Source: an uncultured Acidobacteriota bacterium (GTDB taxonomy: Bacteria; Acidobacteriota; UBA6911). Taken from it: a stretch of DNA of 64,000 nucleotides. Below are positions 19,547 to 29,581 of the stretch, in pieces (within the stretch, counting starts at the first letter, position 1; the number at the start of each line of letters is the position of its first letter). The stretch covers positions 76,606-140,605 of the forward strand of contig CAYTYP010000002.1 of the NCBI GenBank assembly GCA_964441405.1, given 5' to 3'. The notes under the pieces were generated by a model, which did not search any database, had not been told where the DNA came from, and saw only the letters and a list, made by a program, of their open reading frames with translations. The position numbers were made by a program, and so were the translations under genes.

Positions 19547-19981
19547 ATGAACAACATCCCTGAATCTTTCCTCCTCACACGCCGGGAACTTCAAATAATG
19601 AAAGTAATTTGGGATCGGGAGTCTGTTACTGTCGATGATGTGTATGACGCCTTGGTCCCAAGACATGCCATTGCCCGAAACACTGTACTCACCATGATAA
19701 GAATTCTCGAGCATAAAGGAGCCCTGACTCACAAGAAATTCAGCCGCGCCTTCATTTACGAGCCACTTCTATCCCGTCAACAAGCGACTAGGAACCAGGT
19801 TAGGGACATCATTCGGCGCTTTTTTGATGAAAAGCCGGAAAAACTGATTGAAATGGTCCTACAGGATGACATTAAAGAGCGCGAGCAGCTTGAAATGGCG
19901 AAGTCCATTATAGATTCAAAATTATTGCCGATCATGATGAGAGAAGTGAAATCAGCGCAAGCGCCTATGACTGCTCCCTGA
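19547..19981 (+). CDS. BlaI/MecI/CopY-family transcriptional repressor.
   Basis: Winged-helix signature TRRELQIMKVIWDRESVTVDDVYDAL...TVLTMIRILEHKGAL. There is no C-terminal Cys metal site, so this is not a CopY-type copper sensor. Confidence 0.8.
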   Translation: MNNIPESFLLTRRELQIMKVIWDRESVTVDDVYDALVPRHAIARNTVLTMIRILEHKGALTHKKFSRAFIYEPLLSRQQATRNQVRDIIRRFFDEKPEKLIEMVLQDDIKEREQLEMAKSIIDSKLLPIMMREVKSAQAPMTAP

Positions 19982-20010
19982 AGTAGGCCTGCATCCTTCA
20001 GCCTGCAATT

Positions 20011-20040
20011 AAAAAACGCCCTGTATTCTGTGGCGTTTTT
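20011..20040 (+). terminator. Intrinsic terminator aaaaaacgcc-ctgtattctg-tggcgttttt after the BlaI-family gene. It is the minimal form of the GCCACGG hairpin family.
   Basis: GC stem followed by a T run, read from the sequence. Confidence 0.6.
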
Positions 20041-20148
20041 GCAGGTTATTGATGATTCCAGGAATAATTTCCTCATACGAGCCGATAAGATTTGTGGAGA
20101 GAATGTGCGCCTGAAATAATAATTTCATGCCCGGGCGCAAATACCTAT

Positions 20149-21312
20149 ATGCACGGTTTGTCCAACTCCATCAGTTCAATATTTCGTCCTGCTCGCATTC
20201 TTATTGCAGAGGATGAGGCAATTCTAAGGGATCTTCTCGTTCGCAAGCTGACTGCGCTTGGATATGCATGTGAATCCTGCGAAAACAGTGAATCTGCTTT
20301 GGAGTTCTTGTCCCGCAAACCATTTGATCTAATCCTGGCGGACATTTTTATGTCTGAAACGGGAGGGATCGCCCTTCTGAAAGAAGTGATGCGAATCCGC
20401 CCGGATATTGCGGTCATTCTGGTTACATCCGTTGTCGAAATTGAGATTGCCGTCGATGCATTAAAACACGGCGCTTACGATTATATAACCAAGCCCTTTA
20501 ACCTTGAAGAAATGTCCATTGGCGTTTCCAGGGCGCTGGAAAAGCGCCGGTTGATACTGGAAAACCAAAACTATCAAAAGACCTTGGAAGAGCAGGTCGC
20601 CAGCCGAACTTTTGAATTAAAAAAAACTTTAGCGACTCTTGAACAGACTTATCGTTCGACCCTGGTAGCTTTAAGCAAAGCTTTGGATAGCCGCGAAGCT
20701 GATCCCGACGGACATTCTTTGCGCGTAACCGCTTATGCAAATCGATTAGCTTGGCAGTTAGGGATGCGTGAATCGGAGATACAAGTTGTGGAACAGGGCG
20801 TGCTCCTTCACGATATAGGAAAAATCGGGATCCCTGATAAATTGCTTAAAAAAGAAGGCGCCCTGAACCAAAGTGAACAAGTTTTGATGCAAAAACATCC
20901 GGAGATTGGATTCCGCATTCTCACGAAAATAAAGTTTTTAAAAGGCGCTGCTCAATTGGTATTGCATCATCATGAGCGCTACGATGGAAGCGGCTATCCC
21001 CTCGGCTTAAAAGGCCAGGATATCAACATGGGCGCTCGCATCTTTGCAGTGGCTGATGCGCTGGAGGAATTTACTTCAAACCCGGAATACAAAACTTCCG
21101 TTAAATTCGAAATCGTCACTCGAAAAATCAAAAAAATGTCCGGCATTGAGCTCGATCCCAAAATGGTGGATTTATTTCTGGCTGTTCCTGTAGTGGAATG
21201 GGAGTCCATCCATGATGAAATATGGGGCAATTCAGAAAATGGCCCATTCTGGCACAATGCAGTCAACAGGCAAAACGGCCCGTCGGATAGTCCCTCATCC
21301 TCGGTTGGATAG
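20149..21312 (+). CDS. Response regulator with a receiver domain and an HD-GYP domain (c-di-GMP phosphodiesterase type).
   Basis: REC domain (ARILIAEDEAILRDLL...DLILADIFM). HD-GYP signature (LLHDIGKIGIPD...HHHERYDGSGYPLGLKG). Confidence 0.8.
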   Translation: MHGLSNSISSIFRPARILIAEDEAILRDLLVRKLTALGYACESCENSESALEFLSRKPFDLILADIFMSETGGIALLKEVMRIRPDIAVILVTSVVEIEIAVDALKHGAYDYITKPFNLEEMSIGVSRALEKRRLILENQNYQKTLEEQVASRTFELKKTLATLEQTYRSTLVALSKALDSREADPDGHSLRVTAYANRLAWQLGMRESEIQVVEQGVLLHDIGKIGIPDKLLKKEGALNQSEQVLMQKHPEIGFRILTKIKFLKGAAQLVLHHHERYDGSGYPLGLKGQDINMGARIFAVADALEEFTSNPEYKTSVKFEIVTRKIKKMSGIELDPKMVDLFLAVPVVEWESIHDEIWGNSENGPFWHNAVNRQNGPSDSPSSSVG

Positions 21313-21548
21313 CGCTACCTTTTCTTCGAAATTTTCTTAGGTTTCAGGGCAAGGATAGTTTGGAGGCTTGAATCCAGAGGATAATCCGGGCGGTGGAATG
21401 CAAAACAGACTGCAAGAAAAATTACAAGAATTACCAGAACTATTCCGGTCATTTCCTTTTCCTCGGATTTGCACTTTAGATTATCCCTCTATTATATGTC
21501 CGTAATTTCATAATCCGCAATATTTTTTAATCGCGATATAATAACAAC

Positions 21549-23858
21549 ATGGACAACCATGAAATAAATTCCGAGGCGGCCGATCCTGTCTGCGGGATGA
21601 CATTTGCGCCGGAAAGAGCGGCCGGCAAATTTGAATATCAAGGAAGGACGTATTATTTCTGCAATCAATCCTGTTTGGATAAATTCCGATTGAATCCGTC
21701 CGCTTATTTGAATCTGGAACAACCAACTCCGCCCGCCCCATCCCAAGAGCTTTCGGGCGTTGTAGTTTATACCTGTCCAATGGATCCGGAGGTGCGTCAG
21801 AACGCCCCAGGCCCGTGCCCGAAATGTGGTATGGCATTGGAGCCCCAAACCGCAACTGCATCGGAAGAAGAGAATCCTGAACTGCGCCGGATGAATCGAC
21901 GATTCCGGATCAGTTTCGCCTTGACGGTCCCGATTCTTCTGATTGCAATGGGCGAAATGATTGCACGCTTGAGCTTGAATAAAGGAGTTTGGCTGCAGTT
22001 GCTTCTTGCCGCTCCGGTTGTTTTATGGGGCGGATGGCCTTTTTTCCAGCGAGGCTGGGCTTCGATAATCAATCGCAGCCCTAATATGTTCACCCTGATT
22101 TCGATTGGCACAGGCGCTGCTTTTTTCTACAGCGTTTTTGCAGTTTTATTTCCACACTGGCTGCCGGAATCTTTTTACGGTCATCATGGCGCGCCCGAAG
22201 TCTATTTTGAAGCTTCCGCGGTTATCGTTACGCTGGTGTTATTGGGACAGGTTCTCGAGCTGCGCGCCCGCAGCCAGACAAGCAGCGCAATCCGGGAGTT
22301 GCTTGGGCTTGCTCCTAAAACCGCCCGTTTGATCCAAAACGCCGGCGCTGAACGGGATGTCCCCTTAGATCAGGTGAACCCGAGAGACTATCTCCGTGTC
22401 CGGCCAGGTGAAAAAGTGCCGGTCGATGGAATCGTAGTCGAGGGGGAAAGCCATGTGGATGAATCCATGGTGACGGGTGAGCCAATGCCGGTAAATAAAT
22501 CCGTGGGGAGTCCGTTGACAGGAGGAACGCTGAACGGCAACGGAAGTTTTATAATGCAGGCTGAAAAAGTAGGCAGGGACACTCTTTTAGCTCAGATCGT
22601 CCGGATGGTCTCTGAGGCTCAACGAAGTAAAGCTCCCATCCAGCAATTGGCCGACAGGGTAGCTTCCTTTTTTGTTCCTGCGGTTGTCCTGGCGTCTGTA
22701 GTTGCTTTTGTGGTTTGGGGAATTTGGGGCCCGCCGCCTCAAATGGTTTATGCTTTGGTCAATGCTGTAGCGGTTCTAATTATCGCATGTCCTTGCGCAT
22801 TGGGCTTGGCTACTCCAATGTCCATAATGGTGGGAACCGGACGTGGCGCGAGAGCCGGCGTGCTGCTGAAAAATGCTGAGGCGCTGCAGTTGTTGGAGAA
22901 GGTTGATACGCTGGTTATAGATAAAACAGGGACTCTTACCGAAGGGAAACCGATCCTGGTCCATATAGAGACTGCGGGTGATTGGACCCAGGGCGAATTG
23001 TTGCGCCTTGCCGCGAGCGTTGAACGTGCGAGCGAGCATGTCCTTGCGGCTGCCGTCCTTGCGGCCGCCGTGGAACGCGATCTACCGCTTGCAAATGTGG
23101 AAAAATTTGTTTCGATGGCCGGGCAGGGAGTTGCGGGCGTGGTGGAAGGTCGCTCCGTGGCAATAGGCGATCGTGAATTCATGGAGCAGTTTGCCGCTAA
23201 TCCAGGGCCGGCTGTTCAATCCGCCGAAAAGTTACAGAAGCTGGGCCAGACAGTTATGTTTGTTCTGGTCGACAATGTCTTTGCCGGACTGCTGGGCGTT
23301 GAGGATCCTATCAAGCAGACGACTAAAGAAGCGATCCATGATCTTCATAAAAATGGGATCCGAATTGTCATGCTTACGGGTGACAGCAAACGCACTGCCG
23401 ATATAGTAGCGCGCCGGCTTGGAATAGACGAAGTCGAAGCGGAAGTGTCGCCGGCCGGAAAAAGTGAAATCATCAAGCGCCTGCAAGACCAGGGCAGAAT
23501 TGTAGCTATGGCAGGAGACGGCATCAATGATGCGCCGTCTCTGGCTCAGGCGCATGTTGGCATTGCAATGGGGACAGGGACGGATGTCGCTATTCAAAGC
23601 GCGTCAGTTACGCTCGTGGGAGGAGATTTGCGCGGCATTGTGCGGGCCCGAAAGCTCAGCAGGAGTACGATGCGGAATATCCGTCAGAATCTGTTCTTTG
23701 CCTTTGTATACAATATTCTGGGAGTGCCTATCGCCGGCGGCATTCTTTATCCGGTCCTGGGGTTGCTCCTCAATCCCATGATTGCCAGCGCAGCCATGAC
23801 GTTGAGCTCGGTTTCGGTCATCGGCAACGCTCTCCGGCTGCGCAAACTGGAACTGTAA
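21549..23858 (+). CDS. copA: Copper-translocating P1B-type ATPase with an N-terminal TRASH/YHS domain and an HMBD motif.
   Basis: VCGMTFAPE...YYFCNQSC (TRASH domain). YTCPMDPEV...CPKCGMAL (HMBD). The TM6 CPC motif ([12 protein letters not shown]), DKTGTLT and GDGINDAP are all present. Confidence 0.85.
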   Translation: MDNHEINSEAADPVCGMTFAPERAAGKFEYQGRTYYFCNQSCLDKFRLNPSAYLNLEQPTPPAPSQELSGVVVYTCPMDPEVRQNAPGPCPKCGMALEPQTATASEEENPELRRMNRRFRISFALTVPILLIAMGEMIARLSLNKGVWLQLLLAAPVVLWGGWPFFQRGWASIINRSPNMFTLISIGTGAAFFYSVFAVLFPHWLPESFYGHHGAPEVYFEASAVIVTLVLLGQVLELRARSQTSSAIRELLGLAPKTARLIQNAGAERDVPLDQVNPRDYLRVRPGEKVPVDGIVVEGESHVDESMVTGEPMPVNKSVGSPLTGGTLNGNGSFIMQAEKVGRDTLLAQIVRMVSEAQRSKAPIQQLADRVASFFVPAVVLASVVAFVVWGIWGPPPQMVYALVNAVAVLIIACPCALGLATPMSIMVGTGRGARAGVLLKNAEALQLLEKVDTLVIDKTGTLTEGKPILVHIETAGDWTQGELLRLAASVERASEHVLAAAVLAAAVERDLPLANVEKFVSMAGQGVAGVVEGRSVAIGDREFMEQFAANPGPAVQSAEKLQKLGQTVMFVLVDNVFAGLLGVEDPIKQTTKEAIHDLHKNGIRIVMLTGDSKRTADIVARRLGIDEVEAEVSPAGKSEIIKRLQDQGRIVAMAGDGINDAPSLAQAHVGIAMGTGTDVAIQSASVTLVGGDLRGIVRARKLSRSTMRNIRQNLFFAFVYNILGVPIAGGILYPVLGLLLNPMIASAAMTLSSVSVIGNALRLRKLEL

Positions 23859-23964
23859 AAACGCCACGAAAAACATTGCCACGGAAGACAGCGCCACGGA
23901 ATTCACGGAATAATTTATAAATTTAAAATTCCGTGAATTCCGTAGCGCCTGTCTTCCTTTTTTT
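23859..23964. terminator. GCCACGGAA-family element forming a hairpin with a stem of about 29 bp followed by T7. It starts immediately after the copA stop.
   Basis: ggaagacagcgccacggaattcacggaat ... attccgtgaattccgtagcgcctgtcttcc ttttttt. Confidence 0.7.
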
Positions 23965-24105
23965 GCAGTTCGAATAGAAATATTTGACATTAAGAATAAG
24001 GCGTTCTAATATGTATTCACAGATTTATTCAAAACCCTTATTCTATATTTAAGGCTCGGCGCCATAAAGCGCTGAGCCCTTCTTAATCCGTTCAACGCCT
24101 GAAAG

Positions 24106-24816
24106 TTACTCCTGCCGCGTTTTCCATACGTAAATATTCTGCGCTACCTCCGGCTCGAGCGCGATTTCGGTTTCTTCGCATTGTATGACGTAGGCGGGCC
24201 ATTTTTGGATTAGCTTCAATGAAGCTCCGGGGCTGATCCCGAGTGCGGACAATTTCAGCAATCGCGCGTGTTCGCGCGTGCTGAAATAGGCTACGCGAGC
24301 GGTTTCTCCGACCTTCAGTTGATTGCATGAAACCACAATCGGTTTCAATTCATTCCTTGCCTGGCGGCAACAATCTCCTTCGGGTATCGGCTTATTATGC
24401 GGGCAGTATCGTGGGTGGCCCAACAGAGTGCATATCGAATTGGTGATGCCTTCTGCGAGCAGATGCTCATATTCGCAGGCGGCAGGTTCGCTTTCATCGA
24501 CGTGGAAGCCAAGAACATCGCAGATCAGTCTTTCCGCCAGCCGGTGGCGTCGAATGATCTTCTCCGCCATCTGCAGTCCTTTGGGCAGGAGCCGGACGCG
24601 CGTTGCGTCTTCAATATCGATGAGCCCTTCGCTTTTAAGATTATCGATCAGGTCCTTGGATACTGTTGTGGCGGCGTTGTTAACCACCTTGTCCAGAGTC
24701 ACAATCCCCCGTTCCTGCAAGGTCCAAACAGTTTCGAGAACTTCGGCGACTTCTTCCGAGATCTTATTTTCCATGTTGTTTACCGTTTCCGGTTTCCCGT
24801 CAAAACCTTCAATCAT
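24106..24816 (-). CDS. DtxR/IdeR-family metal-dependent repressor with a C-terminal SH3-like (FeoA-like) domain.
   Basis: RRHRLAERLI and HxxxE/C metal-site context are present. The C-terminal LKVGETARVAYF...LGISPGASLKL is FeoA/SH3-like. The gene lies immediately downstream of feoB. Confidence 0.7.
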   Translation of the reverse strand: MIEGFDGKPETVNNMENKISEEVAEVLETVWTLQERGIVTLDKVVNNAATTVSKDLIDNLKSEGLIDIEDATRVRLLPKGLQMAEKIIRRHRLAERLICDVLGFHVDESEPAACEYEHLLAEGITNSICTLLGHPRYCPHNKPIPEGDCCRQARNELKPIVVSCNQLKVGETARVAYFSTREHARLLKLSALGISPGASLKLIQKWPAYVIQCEETEIALEPEVAQNIYVWKTRQE

Positions 24817-24831
24817 GAACGGGAAGCCTTA

Positions 24832-27030
24832 TCAAAACTGAACATTGAATGTGCGTAAAATCCAGCTGACTACGGCGCCGATAAAAACGGCGAAAGGAAT
24901 AATAAAGCCCGCGACCGCCAGCGCCCTTTTCAGTCCCTGCTCCTTCACGATCATTAAAAAACTTGCCAGGCAGGGTACAAACAGCGTCATCACAATCATG
25001 CTCACCACAACCTGCTGCCCTGTAAGCATTCCACTCCGAGCCAAATCATATAATCCGGCAGCGCCATAGTCCCGGCGCAGGAATCCAAGCAGAAAAATTC
25101 CTGCGGTTTCAACCGGTAAATGCAGTAGACCGGAAACGATCGGTTCGAAAGCTCTTTGAATCCAAGCGAGCAGGCTTTGCCCCATTAAATTCAGGTTGTC
25201 CAATGCAAATAATACAAGGGTTCCGACAAGGAATAGAGGGACGGCTTCTTTCAAATACCATTGAATGCGTTGCCAGGTTTTAAGAAAGATATTTTTCATC
25301 TGGGGCGTGCGAATCGGAGGAATTTCAAAAATAAACTCACTGGGACGTCCCCGGATAAGCCGCGATGAAAGAAAACCGACCAGGAGAAGCTGTGAAAAAA
25401 CCACCCCAATGACGATCAACATGGCCTTTTGAGAAAATCCGGCGGCCATCCCCAGCATCACTCCCAACTGTGCAGAACAGGGGATTCCCAGAGCCAACAG
25501 GAATATTGCGATAAACCGTTCTTTTTTGGAGCTGAGAATCCGTGTTGACATTGTAGCCATGGTCCCACAGCCGAAACCCAAGACCATGGGGAGAATCGCC
25601 TTCCCATTGAGCCCCATGATTCGCATCAGGCGGTCCGAAAGAATCGAAAGCCTGGGCAAATAGCCGCTGTCTTCGAGAAACCCAAATGCAATGAAAAAAG
25701 TTCCTACCACCGGCAAGACTATTCCTATGGCATAGTTTAGGCCCATGGATATAATTCCGTATTTCCCGACTATGAATTCAGCAAACAAACCTGAAGGAAG
25801 CAGGGTCTGCAAATAAGGAATAATATACTCTCTGAAAAGCACCTTCTCTAATAAGCCTACAAGGGTTTGCGCGCCGGTATATCCGACAAATTCATAGAGC
25901 AATAGCATCACCACAATCAGGATTGGGATTCCCGTCGACGCTTTTCTCGATAAAACTCCAAATTCGTGGACAAAACTCCGGCTTCTGGACAGCAGGATTG
26001 CCAGAGGAATAATTATGGGAGCGATAAAAAGCAGAAAATGGATTGCCTCGGGAATGATTCCGTATTCAAAACGTCCGGCCGAATTCATGCCCAGCAATAC
26101 AGTATCGATCAAACTCCCGTCGGAGCGGCCGAATTTCCCTGCCAGCCATTGCAGGATAAAAGTATAGGGAGTTTGAAATCGTAAAAGAGCTCCGGCTTCA
26201 TTCCAGGAAAATAATGCAAGACCGCAAACCAACAACGTCAGCCAAATATTTTTATAAGCTCCGGATTCCTCCAGAAATCTGCTTTGTCTTTTCTTCTTAT
26301 ATAACTCAACCAATCGGTCGAGGAGTCTTCCTCTGGCTTCAGATATTTCTTTTGCCTGACTGCCCGAAAAATGGGGATCCTCCCGAACGTCTGCACCCTG
26401 CCGGGCAAGATCTCGATAGCCTTCCGCTGCCCACTCAACCGAAAGGAGCGGAGGAGCGGCCAGGTTTTTAAGCTCAGGAACCAGTTTTTCTTTTGGATAT
26501 AGCGCGGCCAGATCGATAGGTTGGGTGGGATTCTGAATCGCGCTCAGCAGCTGCTTTCTTCCTTTGGAGTAGATTGCAATGGTCTCGACTACCGGTATGG
26601 AAAAAAACTCCGATAAGCCCTTCGAATCAATTTCAATCCCCCGTTCCTCGGCTTCGTCGATCATATTCAGCACGAGAATCATCGGGATGCCAAATTCCAC
26701 TAGTTGAGTGGCAATCAGCATAGTACGTCGCAGGTTCTTGGCGTCGGCTACCTGGATGATAACATCGGGTCTTTCACGCAACAGGATTTCGCACGCCACG
26801 CGCTCATCTTCTGATTGTGGGACCAGACTGTTAATCCCCGGAGTATCCACAACCTCATACGTAACTCCTCCCAGCTGCATTTTCCCGCGGGATACCTCGA
26901 CGGTCGTGCCTGGGAAATTGGAGACTAAAACATAATTGCCCGTCAAGAGTCTGAAAATGACAGACTTGCCGACATTAGGATTTCCTACCAGAACTACTTT
27001 TTTAGAAGCGCGAGCTGCTTCAGTTGTCAT
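24832..27030 (-). CDS. feoB: Ferrous iron transporter FeoB.
   Basis: N-terminal G-domain (VVLVGNPNVGKSVIFRLLTG...FPGTTVE) followed by a polytopic membrane domain. Confidence 0.9.
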   Translation of the reverse strand: MTTEAARASKKVVLVGNPNVGKSVIFRLLTGNYVLVSNFPGTTVEVSRGKMQLGGVTYEVVDTPGINSLVPQSEDERVACEILLRERPDVIIQVADAKNLRRTMLIATQLVEFGIPMILVLNMIDEAEERGIEIDSKGLSEFFSIPVVETIAIYSKGRKQLLSAIQNPTQPIDLAALYPKEKLVPELKNLAAPPLLSVEWAAEGYRDLARQGADVREDPHFSGSQAKEISEARGRLLDRLVELYKKKRQSRFLEESGAYKNIWLTLLVCGLALFSWNEAGALLRFQTPYTFILQWLAGKFGRSDGSLIDTVLLGMNSAGRFEYGIIPEAIHFLLFIAPIIIPLAILLSRSRSFVHEFGVLSRKASTGIPILIVVMLLLYEFVGYTGAQTLVGLLEKVLFREYIIPYLQTLLPSGLFAEFIVGKYGIISMGLNYAIGIVLPVVGTFFIAFGFLEDSGYLPRLSILSDRLMRIMGLNGKAILPMVLGFGCGTMATMSTRILSSKKERFIAIFLLALGIPCSAQLGVMLGMAAGFSQKAMLIVIGVVFSQLLLVGFLSSRLIRGRPSEFIFEIPPIRTPQMKNIFLKTWQRIQWYLKEAVPLFLVGTLVLFALDNLNLMGQSLLAWIQRAFEPIVSGLLHLPVETAGIFLLGFLRRDYGAAGLYDLARSGMLTGQQVVVSMIVMTLFVPCLASFLMIVKEQGLKRALAVAGFIIPFAVFIGAVVSWILRTFNVQF

Positions 27031-27081
27031 AGTTTCCTGTTATCCTGAAAACAAAGTTCAAAGACGATTATAACATACTGT

Positions 27082-27148
27082 AAAAAATGCCACGGAACCT
27101 ACAGAATTTAAAAATATAGAAGAATTCAGTGCATTCCGTGGCATTTTT
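27082..27148. repeat. GCCACGGAA-family hairpin (aaaaaatgccacggaa ... ttccgtggcattttt) lying in the divergent feoB/dinB promoter region.
   Basis: Read from the sequence. It is flanked by an A run and a T run, so it can act as a terminator-like hairpin on either strand. Confidence 0.7.
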
Positions 27149-27203
27149 CTATAAATAATTCAATCGACAAAGGACTGGCGACTGCCTGTGAGATACTTGC
27201 TAC

Positions 27204-28430
27204 ATGGAGGCTGCGGTGGGCCGAACAATCCTACATGTGGATATGGACGCGTTTTACGCTTCGGTAGAACAGAGAGATCGACCTGAATATCGAGGCAAGC
27301 CCGTCATTGTGGGTTCGGATCCCAAAGAGGGCAAAGGTCGCGGTATTGTCGCCACCTGTTCCTATGAAGCCAGGAAATTCGGAGTCCATTCTGCTCAGCC
27401 GATTTCCAAGGCCTGGAAACTATGCCCGCAGGGCATCTACGTACTTCCGGATATGGATAAATATGCCCGGGTCTCTGCCCGTATCATGGACATCCTGCTG
27501 GCGTTTACAGATATGAAGGAGCAGGTGAGCATTGACGAAGCCTTTTTGGATGTAACCGGAAGCGAAAGGTTATTGGGCGCGGGCGGCGAAATCGCCCGGA
27601 AGATTAAATCCCGGATAAACGGCGAATTGGGACTGACGGCGTCCGTAGGCGTTGCTGCAAACAAGTTTGTTGCAAAAGTCGCTTCCGACTTGGAGAAACC
27701 GGATGGATTGGTTGTCGTAGCGCCCGGGCGTGAAAAAGAATTTCTGGCCCCGCTTCCCATCCGCCGATTATGGGGTGTCGGGCCAAAAACCGAAGCTATC
27801 CTGAATCAGATGGGATTGGAGCGGATTGGTCAGATCGCCGCAATGTCTCCCAGCGTCCTGGCTGCGCGAATGGGCAAGAGCGGCGCACATCTTTGGCAAC
27901 TGTCTCAGGGCATAGATGATCGTCCTGTTGAATCCGAGGAAGGTTGCAGATCCATTGGGCGCGAGATCACATTCGAACGCGATACCGGAGATTCAGCCCT
28001 GATAGAAAGAACGCTTCTGGATTTGAGCGCAAGGGTGGCTCAAAGGCTTCGAAGCAACGGCTTATGGGCCCGGACGATTGCGATTAAATTCAGGAAGGCC
28101 GATTTTTCCACTTTTACGCGTCGCACTACTCTGAGCCGTCCCGTCGACACCTCCGAAAAGATTTTTCCGGAAGCTTTGAAGCTTATGAAAAGCTTGTTTC
28201 ACCAAGACTGCCTCGTGCGTCTTATCGGCGTATCCGCCGGCAACCTGGAACAGAGTATGGGCGAAACGCAGATGCCCCTGTTCGACCAGGCGTCGCAAAA
28301 AGACCGGAAACTGGCAGCTGCGCTCGACGATATTTCCCGCCGTTTCGGCGGACAGGCGATTACCCGCGCCGAACTGGTTCCCAAGATGCCACGGAAGACA
28401 TTGCCACGGAAGACACGGAATAATTTATAA
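27204..28430 (+). CDS. dinB: DNA polymerase IV (Y-family).
   Basis: ILHVDMDAFYASVEQRDRPEYRGKPVIVG...SIDEAFLDVTG matches DinB. The last ~15 codons (KMPRKTLPRKTRNNL) are encoded by a GCCACGGAA repeat copy. Confidence 0.85.
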   Translation: MEAAVGRTILHVDMDAFYASVEQRDRPEYRGKPVIVGSDPKEGKGRGIVATCSYEARKFGVHSAQPISKAWKLCPQGIYVLPDMDKYARVSARIMDILLAFTDMKEQVSIDEAFLDVTGSERLLGAGGEIARKIKSRINGELGLTASVGVAANKFVAKVASDLEKPDGLVVVAPGREKEFLAPLPIRRLWGVGPKTEAILNQMGLERIGQIAAMSPSVLAARMGKSGAHLWQLSQGIDDRPVESEEGCRSIGREITFERDTGDSALIERTLLDLSARVAQRLRSNGLWARTIAIKFRKADFSTFTRRTTLSRPVDTSEKIFPEALKLMKSLFHQDCLVRLIGVSAGNLEQSMGETQMPLFDQASQKDRKLAAALDDISRRFGGQAITRAELVPKMPRKTLPRKTRNNL

Positions 28431-28461
28431 ATTCCGTGAGTTAAGTGGCGCTGTTGTTTTT
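28386..28461. repeat. GCCACGGAA-family element overlapping the dinB 3' end, between convergent genes.
   Basis: atgccacggaagacattgccacggaagacacggaataatttataaattccgtgag...ggcgctgttgttttt. It is related to the copy at 23859-23964. Confidence 0.7.
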
Positions 28462-29404
28462 AACGCCGGGTTCGAGCGAAATAATAAATAGCCTGGTTGG
28501 GGCCTTCACTAACGGTGTAGTAGCCTGAACTGGAAAAAGCTATAGCTTCTCCCTGAGTCTCATCCGCCAGGGGAATGGAGATCTGCGCGCCGTTAAAGGC
28601 TTCCCAGAGGTTACTGCCGGACGGGCGCTGCCAAAGGCTGGCTTCTTTATAGCCGCGAACTATTATTTCGCCGCCATCAGACGAGATGTCTCCGGCGGTT
28701 GGCCAGAACAACGTTATAGCAGCCTTATAGATCAGATTTGTGGTTTTGCCGTTTTCCAGGCTTGAAGCGGCGGCGCGGTAGACGCGCGGTTGAGGGTCAC
28801 GCTTAGAGACGATATACAGATCGCCGTTGCCTGGATCTATCATCAAAGTCTCGGCGTCACGGGGCCCATCCTCATAGCGCAGCCACAAGGTTTCCACATC
28901 AGTCAAGGTTGTCTTTACAGGATCCTGCCTGGTCGATACTGTCGGTTCGGCCACCCGATAAACCATGATTTTTTCACGCCTGGCGATGTTGTCGCCGATG
29001 TCGCCAAGATAGAGGTAGTCTCGGCCTGCAATCGGACCGGGGCCGATTGCTATGTCTTCGCAATCAACGGCTTGAACTCCATCGAGGTTATAAACGCCCA
29101 GGCGCTTGCCTGTCGTGTCCATTGCGAATAGGCGGCTCGTATCGCCGGAGTCGTTATGAGCCCATAGAACACCCGCATTCTTTCGGCTTGCCGCAAGTCC
29201 CGAAGCTTCGTTGAGTTCTGCGATAGCGACAGCGCCGATCTTGACGCCCGCGGCAAACGGGGTTGGGGTGGATGCGCTTTTGGATTTGCCTGCAGGTGTG
29301 GCGGACGTTTTTTCGTCGAGCATTTTGGCGCCGCCGATGGCTGCCAGGATCACAGCAAAAATAATCATGATGGCGGCTGATGCAAAGGACAGTTTAGATC
29401 TCAT
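28460..29404 (-). CDS. Secreted or membrane-anchored beta-propeller-like protein (phytase-like / SdiA-regulated-like fold). Hypothetical.
   Basis: Probable start at MRSKLSFASAAIMIIFAVILA. Motifs AHNDSGD, DCEDIAIGPG and YLYLGDIGDN are present. The track ORF extends to 29566 only by reading through a repeat element. Confidence 0.45.
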   Translation of the reverse strand: MRSKLSFASAAIMIIFAVILAAIGGAKMLDEKTSATPAGKSKSASTPTPFAAGVKIGAVAIAELNEASGLAASRKNAGVLWAHNDSGDTSRLFAMDTTGKRLGVYNLDGVQAVDCEDIAIGPGPIAGRDYLYLGDIGDNIARREKIMVYRVAEPTVSTRQDPVKTTLTDVETLWLRYEDGPRDAETLMIDPGNGDLYIVSKRDPQPRVYRAAASSLENGKTTNLIYKAAITLFWPTAGDISSDGGEIIVRGYKEASLWQRPSGSNLWEAFNGAQISIPLADETQGEAIAFSSSGYYTVSEGPNQAIYYFARTRR

Positions 29405-29424
29405 GAATATTCGCTCCTTATATA

Positions 29425-29490
29425 AAAGATGCCACGGAATGCACTGAATTAATATAAATTTAAATAATTCCGTGTAGTCCGTGGCGTTGT
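29425..29490. repeat. GCCACGGAA-family hairpin in the divergent promoter region between 28460-29404 (-) and 29582 (+).
   Basis: aaaagatgccacggaatgcactgaatt...aattccgtgtagtccgtggcgttgt. Confidence 0.7.
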
Positions 29491-29581
29491 CAGTTAATAA
29501 AAAATTTGATCCATTTTCCCCCTGCCGGAATCTATATATTCCGAAAGCCCTGGTATCACGCAACATTGGGAGATAAATCCT

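Noticed and set aside
24106-24816. A novel fusion of FeoA to a DtxR regulator.
   Set aside because: The C-terminal SH3-like domain of canonical DtxR/IdeR proteins is itself FeoA-like. This is therefore the ordinary DtxR architecture, not a new fusion.
28460-29566. The long N-terminal extension of the minus-strand ORF (MLRDTRAFGIYRF...).
   Set aside because: The first ~54 codons are read through a GCCACGGAA repeat element in the divergent promoter region. A proper signal anchor starts at the internal Met (29404), so the extension is an ORF-caller artefact.
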